Shown in pieces: positions 31,824-40,854 of a stretch of DNA of 64,000 nucleotides; the first letter of the stretch is position 1; each line of letters starts with the position of its first letter. Both the position numbers and the translations under genes were made by a program. This DNA comes from an uncultured Acidimicrobiales bacterium (GTDB lineage: Bacteria; Actinomycetota; Acidimicrobiia; Acidimicrobiales; VFJN01), in assembly GCA_963830865.1 (NCBI GenBank), contig CAWHNU010000007.1:229315-293314 (forward strand). The letters run 5' to 3'. Below the pieces are notes generated by a model. It made no database searches, had not been told where the DNA came from, and saw nothing but the letters and a program-made list of their open reading frames with translations.

Positions 31824-33486
31824 CTAGGCCGACGCCTCCTCGGCGCGTCGGAGGACGCGAAGGCCGCGTAGTCGCTGTCCCGTACCCGGGCGATGTCCTT
31901 GAACAGCTTGGGCCGGCCGCCCGAGTTGAGGAGGTAGCGGCGGGGCTTCCCGGGGATGTTGCTGCCGAAGTAGTAGCTGATCTCCCCGAACGGCGACTGC
32001 GACGCGCCCCGGTCGACCATGCTCGTCCACGCGCTCCTCGGCCTCGGCGCCGACCTCGATCGTGTCGACGCCGTGGTCGCGCAGCCAGACGAGCGTGTCG
32101 GTGACGAAGTCGACCTGGTCGCCGTTGTAGCGCGGGTTGTTGCCGGCGGCGGCGTGGGGCCCGCCGGGGAAGAACAGGTTGGGGAACAGTGTCGTCTGGA
32201 TGCCGAGGAACGTCCGCGGCCCGTCGGCCCAGTGGTCGGCGAGGGCGACGCCGTCGCGTCCCCGGATCCCCATGCGCAGCAGCGCCCCGGTGCCGAAGTC
32301 GAACCCCGTGGCCCACACGACGACGTCGAAGTCCCGCGGCACCCTCGGCCGTCTCGATGCCGCGCTCGGTCACCCGCAGGATCGGCGTCTCGCCGAGGTC
32401 GACCAGCGTGACGTTGGGCCGGTTGTAGGTCTCGTAGTAGCCGGTGACGAACGGCGGCCGCTTCTCGGCGAACCGGTGGTCATGGGGGATCAGCCTCTCG
32501 GCCGTCGCCGGGTCCTCGACGATGCCCCGGATCTTGTCGGCGATGAACGCGCACCACTCGGCGTTGGCGGCGGGGTCGAGCGTCACGTCGGTGTAGTTGC
32601 TGGTGAGCTTGCTGAACCCGGGGCTGGCCCACATGGCCTCGAAGAACGCCCGCCGCTCGTCCTCGCCGTCGTCGAAGGTGGCGCGGTCGCACGGCTGGTG
32701 GAGGAACCCGGTGGCGCTCGTGTTCAGCGTCTCGCGGATCGCCTCGAACCCGGCCCGCAGCCGGGCCTGCTCCTCGCGCGTGATCGGGCGGTTGTTGAGC
32801 GGCGTGCACCAGTTGGCCGTGCGCTGGTACACGGTGAGCGACGCGACCTCGCCCGCGATGGCGGGGATGATCTGCACGCCGCTCGACCCGGTGCCGATCA
32901 CGGCGACCCGCTTGCCGGCGAAGTCCACCGGCGCCGACGGCCACAGGCCGGTGTGGTACGACTCGCCGCGGAAGTCCTCGCGGCCGGGCACGTCGGGGAA
33001 GTACGGCACCGACAGCACGCCGGTGGCCGCCACGAGGTGGCGCGCCCGGAACGTGCCGCCACCGACGCCGGCGGCGTCGTCCCTGCCGCCGTCGTTCGTC
33101 GTGACGGTCCAGGTCGCGGACGGCTCGTCGAACGCGGCCGCCGTCACCCGGGCGCCGAAGCGGATGTGGCGCCGCAGGTCGAACCGGTCGACGACGTGGT
33201 TGAGGTAGCGCTCGGTCTCGGGCTGCTCGGCGAAGTGCTCCTGCCACTCCCACTCGTCGAACAGCTCGCGGGAGAACAGGTAGGCGTAGGTGTAGCTCTC
33301 CGAGTCGAACCGGGCGCCGGGGTAGCGGTTCCAGTACCAGGTGCCGCCGACGCCGCCGCCGGCCTCGAGCAGCAGGGCGGAGAACCCTTCCTCGCGGGCG
33401 CGGTGCAGCTGGTAGATGCCGGTGATGCCGGCGCCGACGACCAGCACGTCGACGTCGGCGGTGGGGAGGGGTGGGGTCTCGTCCAT
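31824..33486 (-). CDS. Type I Baeyer-Villiger monooxygenase, frameshifts near 32340, 32030 and 31860
   Basis: GAGITG, GGTWYWNRYPG, fingerprint FRGESYHTGLWP, GTGSSG, ATGF. Confidence 0.88.
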
Positions 33487-33489
33487 CGT

Positions 33490-33511
33490 TGTACCGACCG
33501 GTTAGTATAAT
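33490..33511. promoter_or_regulatory. TetR operator copy 4 overlapping a TATAAT -10
   Basis: TGTACCGACCGGTTAGTATA(AT) in the 33-bp gap between divergent BVMO and Rieske genes. Confidence 0.8.
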
Positions 33512-33519
33512 CTCGGGCC

Positions 33520-34849
33520 GTGGTGCCCTACGCGATGGAGCTTCCGGACCGGGTCCGCAAGGAGCGCTACTACGACCCGGACTTCTACCAGCTGGAGGTC
33601 GAGCGGCTCTGGCCCCGCGTCTGGCAGATGGCGTGCCGGCTGGAGGAGATCCCGTCGCCGGGTGACTTCGTCACCTACGAGTTCCTCGACCAGTCGGTCG
33701 TCGTCGTGCACACCGAGGACGGCGTGCGGGCGTTCCAGAACGCCTGCCGGCACCGCGGGGTGCGGCTGGTCGAGGGCCGGGGCACGTGCGCCGACGGGTT
33801 CACCTGCCCGTTCCACGGCTGGTGCTACGGCCCCGACGGCCGCAACACCCGCGTCACCGGGGCGTCGACGTTCTCCGAGCACAACCTGGTGCCGGGGGAC
33901 ATCGACCTGACGCCGGTGCGGTGCCAGACGTGGGGCGGGTGCGCCTGGATCAACCTCGACGACGAGGGCCCCGCCGCTGCGGCAGTGCCTCGAGCCGGCC
34001 GCCACCATCCTCGACGCCTGGAAGGTCGAGTCGCTGCGCACCGAGTGGTGGTACGCCTGCCGGCTGCCGGTGAACTGGAAGCTGGCCGAGGAGGCGTTCG
34101 TCGAGCAGTACCACGTGCTGGAGACGCACCCGCAGCTGCGGATCCCCGGCCGGATCCCGCCCCGCGATCCCGCGGCGTTCGACCCCCGGTCGTGGCTCGA
34201 CGCGGAGATCCACTACCTGCACACGATGAGCGACGGCATGGCCGGCATGGTCCACGCCGACGACGTGCGCACCGCGGAGGGCCTGCGGGGCACCGAGCTG
34301 CCGGCGGACCCGGCGCTGGCGATGGCGACCTGGCAGCGCACGCTCAACGACGCGGTCGTGGCCTCGCACCGCGGCGCCGGCCACGACGTGCCCGACCTCA
34401 ACGAGCTGGAGGCCCACGGGCTCAACGAGCCGATGGGCTACTGCTTCCCCCACTGGTTCGTGCTGCCGATGTACAGCAGCGCCTCGTCCTACCGCTTCCG
34501 GCCGCTCGGGCCCGAGGAGACGCTGATGGAGATCTGGTCGCTGGCCCGGTTCCCCGCCGGCCGCGAGCCGGAGCGGCCGACGCCGCCCGAGGTGTGGGAG
34601 TGCGACGACGCCCGGTGGCCGCCGATCCCCGCCCAGGACTTCTCGAACCTGCCCCGCCAGCAGAAGGGCCTGCACGCCCGGGGGTTCGAGTACATGCGCC
34701 TGTCCGAGCGGATGGAGGGGCACATCTCCAACTTCCACCGGACCCTCGACGGGTTCCTGGCCGGCCTGCCCTACGACCGGCTGGACAAGGCGCTGCGGGC
34801 GGTCAACGTGAACCCGCTCGAGATGCCGATCGTCGACGTCGGGCTGTAG
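33520..34849 (+). CDS. Rieske non-heme iron oxygenase alpha subunit, frameshift near 33968
   Basis: CRHRG...CPFHGW; NWKLAEEAFVEQYHVLETH; QD. Confidence 0.88.
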
Positions 34850-34853
34850 CGCG

Positions 34854-35261
34854 GTGGGCGCCGATCTTCGCTACGCGGATGTGGTCGAGGGCGTGCGGGC
34901 CGCGCTCGCCGCCTACACCCAGGCGCTCGACGACGGCCGCACGGACGACGTCGTCGCCACCTTCTGTCCCGACGGCGCGGTGGAGATCCCGGGGATGGGG
35001 ACGCACGCGGGCCACGATGCCCTGCGCGCCGCGTACGCCCGCTGGGCGCCGCGGCGGCCCCAGCGCCACCTCGTCCTCAACACGCTGGTCACGGCGTGGG
35101 ACGAGCACGAGGCCACGGCCGTCAGCGACGTGGTGTTCGTGCTTTCGGGCGACGGCGGCTGGGCGATCCAGCTCGTCGGCCGCTACCACGACGTCCTGCA
35201 CAATGACGGCGGCGCGTGGCGGTTCCACCGCAGAGTCGCCGAGTTCGAGGGGAGCTCATGA
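34854..35261 (+). CDS. SnoaL/NTF2-like protein
   Basis: YTQALDDG, RHLVLN, GRYHD, WRFHRR. Confidence 0.82.
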   Translation: MGADLRYADVVEGVRAALAAYTQALDDGRTDDVVATFCPDGAVEIPGMGTHAGHDALRAAYARWAPRRPQRHLVLNTLVTAWDEHEATAVSDVVFVLSGDGGWAIQLVGRYHDVLHNDGGAWRFHRRVAEFEGSS

Positions 35262-36532
35262 ACGAGTACGACGGCATCGACTTCTTCCGCGGCCGCGAGC
35301 TGGTCGACGATCCGTACCCGTACTTCGACTGGCTGCGCGGGCAGTGCCCGGTGCAGCGCGAGCCGCAGCACGGCGTGTACATGGTCACCGGCTACGACGA
35401 GGCGTGCGCGGTCTACACCGACACCGACGCGTTCTCGTCGTGCAACTCGGTGACCGGCCCGTTCCCAGGATTCCCCGTGCCGCTCGACGGCTACGACGAC
35501 GTGAGCGAGCTGATCGAGCAGCACCGCGACGAGCTGCCGTTCAGCGACCAGCTCCCGACCATGGATCCGCCCAAGCACCGCGACCACCGGCACCTGCTGA
35601 TGCGCCAGCTCACGCCCAAGCGGCTGAAGGAGAACGAGGAGTTCGTCTGGGGGCTCGCCGACCGCCAGATCGACGAGTTCGCCGCCCGGGGCGAGTGCGA
35701 GCTGGTCGGGGACTACGCCAACCCGTTCACGCTGCTGGTCGTCGCCGACATCCTGGGCGTGCCGGAGGCGGACCACGCCGAGTTCCGCGCCGCGCTGGCG
35801 AGCCGGCCGCGCGACGCCGCGGTCGGCAGCACGAAGGACAGCCTGACGCACAGCCCGCTGGCGTGGCTCTACGACCGCTTCGCCGCCTACATCGAGGACC
35901 GCCGGCGCGAGCCTCGGGACGACGTGCTCACCGCGCTGGCGACGACCACGTTCCCGGACGGCACGCTGCCCGAGGTGATCGACGTCGTGCGGGTGGCGGC
36001 CAACGTCTTCGCCGCCGGGCAGGAGACGACCGTGCGGCTGCTCGGCAGCGCGTTCCTGCTGATCGCCGAGCGCCCGGACCTGCAGCAGCTGCTGCGGGAC
36101 CGGCGCGAGCTCATCCCCGACTTCGTGGAGGAGGCGCTGCGCATCGAGTCGCCGGTGAAGGGCGACTTCCGGCTCGCCCGGCGGGCGACGCGGGTGGGCG
36201 GGGTGGACATCCCCGCGGGCGCCACGGTGATGGTCCTCAACGGCGCCGCCAACCGCGACCCACGCCACTTCGAGGACCCGGGGGAGCTGCGGGTCGAGCG
36301 CGGCAACGCCCGCGAGCAGCTGGCGTTCGGGCGCGGGGTGCACAGCTGCCCCGGCGGGCCGCTGGCCCGCCTGGAGGGGCGGGTGAGCGTCGAGCGGCTG
36401 CTCGACCGCCTGGGGGACATCCGCATCTCGGACGCCCACCACGGTCCGGCCGGCGCCCGCCGCTACTCGTACATGCCGACCTACATCCTCCGGGGGCTGA
36501 CCCAGCTGCACCTGGAGTTCACGCCGCGGTGA
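35258..36532 (+). CDS. Cytochrome P450 (CYP150-like), paralogue of the 20085-21369 gene
   Basis: AAGQETT, EALR, FGRGVHSCPG. Confidence 0.93.
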   Translation: MNEYDGIDFFRGRELVDDPYPYFDWLRGQCPVQREPQHGVYMVTGYDEACAVYTDTDAFSSCNSVTGPFPGFPVPLDGYDDVSELIEQHRDELPFSDQLPTMDPPKHRDHRHLLMRQLTPKRLKENEEFVWGLADRQIDEFAARGECELVGDYANPFTLLVVADILGVPEADHAEFRAALASRPRDAAVGSTKDSLTHSPLAWLYDRFAAYIEDRRREPRDDVLTALATTTFPDGTLPEVIDVVRVAANVFAAGQETTVRLLGSAFLLIAERPDLQQLLRDRRELIPDFVEEALRIESPVKGDFRLARRATRVGGVDIPAGATVMVLNGAANRDPRHFEDPGELRVERGNAREQLAFGRGVHSCPGGPLARLEGRVSVERLLDRLGDIRISDAHHGPAGARRYSYMPTYILRGLTQLHLEFTPR

Positions 36533-37349
36533 ACTCGGGCATCACGTCGCGGGCGAACCGCTCGACCTGGGCGCGCCCGGCGCCGGGCCAGCCGCACACC
36601 AGGTAGCCGTAGCCCGCGTCGCGCCACTTGCCCGCGTGCTTGCGGGCGGTGTCGAGGTCGTCGAGCGACAGCGAGCTGGCCCGCACGATCGCCGCGGGAT
36701 CGCGCCCGGCGGCGGCCGCCAGCTCGTCGATGCGCAGGTTGGTCTCCCGCAGCGAGTTCGGCGTCCCCCACGTGTGCCACACGTCCGCGTACCGGGCGAC
36801 GAGCGGCAGCGTCCGCCGGGGCCCGCTGCCCCCGATCCAGATCGGCGGGTGCGGCTGCTGCACCGGCAGGGGCAGCAGCTGGGCGTCGCGCAGCGAGACG
36901 ACCCGCCCGTCGTAGGACACCCGCTCGCCGGTGTAGAGCCGGGTCACGATCTCGAGCGCGTCCTGCAGGAGATCGAACCGCGTCCCGGTCGGCGGGAAGG
37001 GGATGCCCAGCGCGGCATGCTCGCCCTCGAACCAGGCGGCGCCGAGCGACAGCTCGAGCCGCCCGTGGGAGGCATGATCGACGGTCAGGGCCTGGGCGGC
37101 GAACACGGACGGATGCCGGTAGGTCACCCCGGCCACGAGCAACCCGAGCCGGATGCGCTCGGTCGCCCCGGCGAGCGCAGCGAGCGTGGTCATCCCGTCG
37201 AACACCTCGCCCGGCCCCTCGCCGTACATCGGCTGGAAGTGGTCGAATCCCCAGGCACCGTCGAACCCGAGATCCTCGGCGAACCGCACCCGGCCGACGA
37301 CCTCGTCCCACGGCAGCCGCTGCTGCGCGACATCGAGCCCGAAACGCAT
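36519..37349 (-). CDS. LLM-class (probably F420-dependent) oxidoreductase
   Basis: GFDGAWGFDHF, RHPSV, QQPHPPIWIGGSG. Confidence 0.88.
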   Translation of the reverse strand: MRFGLDVAQQRLPWDEVVGRVRFAEDLGFDGAWGFDHFQPMYGEGPGEVFDGMTTLAALAGATERIRLGLLVAGVTYRHPSVFAAQALTVDHASHGRLELSLGAAWFEGEHAALGIPFPPTGTRFDLLQDALEIVTRLYTGERVSYDGRVVSLRDAQLLPLPVQQPHPPIWIGGSGPRRTLPLVARYADVWHTWGTPNSLRETNLRIDELAAAAGRDPAAIVRASSLSLDDLDTARKHAGKWRDAGYGYLVCGWPGAGRAQVERFARDVMPEFTAA

Positions 37350-37418
37350 CGGCGCAAGTTAGACCGTTCCGCCCGCGAACCCTCGATGCGGGAATCATCG
37401 CTTCCCCGGGCGAGCGGG

Positions 37419-38897
37419 CTACCTCCCGACGTCCGAGCGCGCCCCCGCCCTGATCAGCTCGATCGTGTCCGCCGTGGTGAGGAACCCGGCGATGCGGGCC
37501 CGGAGCGTGGCGCCGACCCAGTCGACCACGAAGCGGCCATGGTTGGGGTAGAGCGCCGCCAGCTGGTCCGGGGTGAACGGCACCGTCGTGCCAAACAGGA
37601 AGCAGAACTGGCTGCCGCCCTGGGGCTGGCCGCTCAGGGTGGCGACCGGGGCGTCCACCGCCGGGGTGCGGATGCCGCCGCGCACGTTGCCGTTGGCGTC
37701 GGTGGCGAACACCACCGGGCTCGACCCCGTGGTCTCCAGGCGGGGGGCGATCGGCGGCCGCACGCCGTGGGCCATCCAGCGGTCCATCGCATGGAAGGCC
37801 GTGTCGAGCACGAAGTGCTGCGGGCCGGTGTTGATCGGCACCTGGCAGGTGAAGAGCGGGTTGGGCTGGTTGGTCGGGTTCTGCATCGACGCCAGCACCT
37901 CGACCGCTCCCTGGCCGTCGCCCGTGTCGGTCATGCCGATGTCGAGGCCGTAGAAGTCGAAGTGCGCGGTCCCCGCGACCTCCCACAGCCGGTACCGGTC
38001 CGTGTCCGGCTGGCGGGCGCCGAGGTTGCTGAAGGCGACGTCCGTCTCGGTCTGGAACACCATCACCGGGACGTCGAGGTCGTCGCGGATGGCCGTCGGC
38101 GCCGGCACCGGCACGGTCGCCTGGGGCGGCTGGGCGAGCGGGGCGCCGCCGGCCGCCCGGCTGTGCACGAGGAAGCCGTCGTAGACCCCGGCGAGGGGAT
38201 GGACCGCGTCGATGTAGGTCACCAGGCGGCCCGCCGACTGCGACTCGCCCACCGAGAGCAGCCGCTGCGGCCGCAGCCCGCCGAGGATCGTGTCGGCGTG
38301 GTCGCGGATGGCCTGCCCGGCCTGCGAGTACATGTCGTAGGAGAAGCTGTCGCCCGGGTGGTCGAGGCCGGCGTAGCGGACCGCGTCGCCCCGCTGGGGA
38401 TCGTCCCCCCGGAGCGCGTCCACGCCGACCTTCTGGGCCGACACACCGACCCACACGAACCCCTCGCGCACCAGCTCGTTGTGGGCGAGGATCCAGTCCG
38501 GGCCGGCGTCCGCGCCGCCGGAGACGTTCAGCCACTCGACGACGACCGTCCCGTTGAACCTCGATTGCCGGGTCGGCCGGGCCACCACCGCCCGGGTGGT
38601 GTACGCCGCCTCGGCCGACTCGACCACGGAGAAGCGCCCGTCGGTCGCGAGCGGCGCGGTCGGCTGGTAGGCGTGGGCCGTGCCGGACAGGAAGACCTCC
38701 GACACCTGGTAGCCGACCTCCGACAGGTCGAACGCGGTGAACCCGGGGACCACCGGCACGCCCCCGCCCCCGGACGCCTCGCTGACGTCGGGGCTGGGCA
38801 CGTCCGCCACGGCCGTCCCCGTGAGCGTCGTGACGATCAGGCCCAACGCGACGGTCACGGCCACCGTGACGCCGCGCGCACGACGACGAACGCTCAT
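37419..38897 (-). CDS. Secreted alpha/beta-hydrolase-domain protein
   Basis: Signal peptide ending AVA; NGTVVVEWLNVSGG, nucleophile elbow GESQSA, AGTAH. Confidence 0.78.
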   Translation of the reverse strand: MSVRRRARGVTVAVTVALGLIVTTLTGTAVADVPSPDVSEASGGGGVPVVPGFTAFDLSEVGYQVSEVFLSGTAHAYQPTAPLATDGRFSVVESAEAAYTTRAVVARPTRQSRFNGTVVVEWLNVSGGADAGPDWILAHNELVREGFVWVGVSAQKVGVDALRGDDPQRGDAVRYAGLDHPGDSFSYDMYSQAGQAIRDHADTILGGLRPQRLLSVGESQSAGRLVTYIDAVHPLAGVYDGFLVHSRAAGGAPLAQPPQATVPVPAPTAIRDDLDVPVMVFQTETDVAFSNLGARQPDTDRYRLWEVAGTAHFDFYGLDIGMTDTGDGQGAVEVLASMQNPTNQPNPLFTCQVPINTGPQHFVLDTAFHAMDRWMAHGVRPPIAPRLETTGSSPVVFATDANGNVRGGIRTPAVDAPVATLSGQPQGGSQFCFLFGTTVPFTPDQLAALYPNHGRFVVDWVGATLRARIAGFLTTADTIELIRAGARSDVGR

Positions 38898-38984
38898 CGG
38901 TCCCCTCCTTGTGTCCGGCAGGACACCCGCGTCGCCTGACGCGAGCGTCATCCCCTCTGTGCCAGAGTTACCTCTGACCGTATT

Positions 38985-38999
38985 GGAAATCCGATTTCC
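38985..38999. promoter_or_regulatory. Palindromic operator upstream of the secreted hydrolase
   Basis: GGAAATC-C-GATTTCC in an AT-rich patch. Confidence 0.5.
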
Positions 39000-39034
39000 G
39001 CACAAGGGAAAGGTCAGTTTCGACGCGGACGTGG

Positions 39035-39721
39035 TCAGCGCTCGCCCGGGAGCTCGGCGGCCACGGTGACCACCGCGTCGTCGAAGCTGAGGAGCCCGCG
39101 GATCAAGCGCGACTCCGGCAGCGGGTCCTCGTAGCTCCAGGCCACGTCGGCCACCTCGGCGCCGCCGACGGTCGCGCTCCACCACGAGGCGGTGCCCTTG
39201 TACGGGCAGTACGACGTGGTGGCGCTGGGCCGGAGCAGATCGGTGCGCACGGCGTCGCGCCCGACGTACAGGCGCGGCGCCAGGGCCGTCTCGTAGACCC
39301 CGATCGTGTCGGCGCAGTCGACCAGCGTGACGCCGCCGACCTCGACCCGGAGGCGCCGGGCGGTCCGGACGCAGTCGACGCGGTGGTAGGGGTTGCGGGG
39401 GTGGCCGTGCACCCGCTCCTCCTCCTCGTACCAGGCGTCGACGGCGTCCCAGGCGACGGCGAGGTGCCCGGGCGCGTGCTCGTCTGGCTCGGCCGCCACG
39501 GCGCCTGCCTCCACGTCGCCGGCGGGGAACGCGTAGGTCGGTGGCCGGCCGGGCCGGTGGACGAGGCACGCCCGCTCGCTGTCGACGACGGTCCGGCCGC
39601 CGCGGACGCCGCGGACCCGGCGGGGGAACGGCTCGACGTAGACGACGCCGGCCGGCAGCGGCGCGCCGAAGCGGCCGGCCGGCCTCGGTCCCAGGGGGCC
39701 CCGGCCGGTGGTGAGGCTCAC
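39035..39721 (-). CDS. DUF427 domain protein (tandem domains)
   Basis: HPRNPYHRVD, SYCPYKGTASWW, AWSYEDPLPE. Confidence 0.85.
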   Translation of the reverse strand: MSLTTGRGPLGPRPAGRFGAPLPAGVVYVEPFPRRVRGVRGGRTVVDSERACLVHRPGRPPTYAFPAGDVEAGAVAAEPDEHAPGHLAVAWDAVDAWYEEEERVHGHPRNPYHRVDCVRTARRLRVEVGGVTLVDCADTIGVYETALAPRLYVGRDAVRTDLLRPSATTSYCPYKGTASWWSATVGGAEVADVAWSYEDPLPESRLIRGLLSFDDAVVTVAAELPGER

Positions 39722-40854
39722 AGCGAGGTGCTCGCGTCGACCGGCGCGCCCGGATCGGCGAAGGCCCGGACCATCGCGTCGACGGTGAAGGACGCCAGCA
39801 GGTCGCCGCCCTCGTCGTGGACCCGGCACTCGGCGTGGGTCATCCCGTCGCCGGCGAACGTCGAGGAGTGGTGGTACAGCACCCAGCGGTCGAGGCGCAC
39901 CTCGCGGTGCAGCGACAGCGAGATGGCGTTGACCGCGGTCGACAGGCTGCGGTGGGCCTGGTCCTGCCCCACGCCCGCGTGCGGCCGCAGGGCGGCGGCG
40001 ATCGACAGGTGCCCGGTGAACTGGGCGAGCAGCCCGGCGTGCAGGCACGGGTCGTCGGGCAGGTCGCGGAACCGCACCCAGGCGTCGAGCACCGGCGGGC
40101 CGACCGCCGCGTCGGGGTCGCCGGTGTAGGCGCCGCCCACGATGCGGACGTCGCGACCGGTCACCGCCATGTCGTGCGGCGCCGAGTCGTACGGGCCGGG
40201 CACGTCGGGAGCCTCGACGGCGTGCCGGATCACGGGATCGGCCGTGGCGTCGAGCAGCAGCGTCCCGGCGGCGCGGACCTTCCCGTCCTGGACCGCCCGG
40301 GCCGCCAGCGTCGTGAACGTGCGGCCGTCGGCCACGGCGTCGAGCTCGATGGCGACCGGCCGGCGGGCGTCCGCGGCCCGGGCGAACGCCATGGCGGCCG
40401 CCACGGCCCGCCGGCCCCCGGTGCGGCGGCCGGCGGCGACGATCGCCTGCCCCAGGAGCTGGCTGCCGTCGACGACCGGCCGGCGCGGGTCGGCCCGGCA
40501 CGCGCCCACCCAGCGGCCGTCGCCGTCCTGGCGGACGTCGAGCAGCGCGACGAGATCCTCGGCGTCCCCCCACGTCGGGAAGCGCTTGACCGTGACGTCC
40601 CGGGGATCGTCGCCGTCGCGCCCGTCGACCACCTCGACGCGCACCGCCTCGGGGTCGAAGGCGACGTACCCGGCGAGCGGGCCGTCCCCGGCCGTCACCA
40701 GCCCGGCGGGAACGGTGGGAACGCCGGGCGCGTCGCCGGCGGGGAACCACAGCCTGGGGGCGCCGCCTGGGAGGTCGACCCGGCGCGCCGCCCGGGTCTC
40801 GGCCAGGACCTCGTCACCGATCGACGCCCGGGCCGTCCAGGGACCAGGGCTCAC
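39718..40854 (-). CDS. TesB-like acyl-CoA thioesterase with a degenerate DUF427-like N-terminus
   Basis: VVDGSQLLGQAIVAA, GRTFTT, double hot-dog pattern. Confidence 0.72.
   Translation of the reverse strand: MSPGPWTARASIGDEVLAETRAARRVDLPGGAPRLWFPAGDAPGVPTVPAGLVTAGDGPLAGYVAFDPEAVRVEVVDGRDGDDPRDVTVKRFPTWGDAEDLVALLDVRQDGDGRWVGACRADPRRPVVDGSQLLGQAIVAAGRRTGGRRAVAAAMAFARAADARRPVAIELDAVADGRTFTTLAARAVQDGKVRAAGTLLLDATADPVIRHAVEAPDVPGPYDSAPHDMAVTGRDVRIVGGAYTGDPDAAVGPPVLDAWVRFRDLPDDPCLHAGLLAQFTGHLSIAAALRPHAGVGQDQAHRSLSTAVNAISLSLHREVRLDRWVLYHHSSTFAGDGMTHAECRVHDEGGDLLASFTVDAMVRAFADPGAPVDASTSL

Noticed and set aside
21473-36532. Canonical cholesterol (KstR/KstR2) cluster or secondary-metabolite BGC
   Set aside because: The operator does not match KstR boxes; no kstD, hsa or ipd genes and no PKS, NRPS or terpene core were recognised
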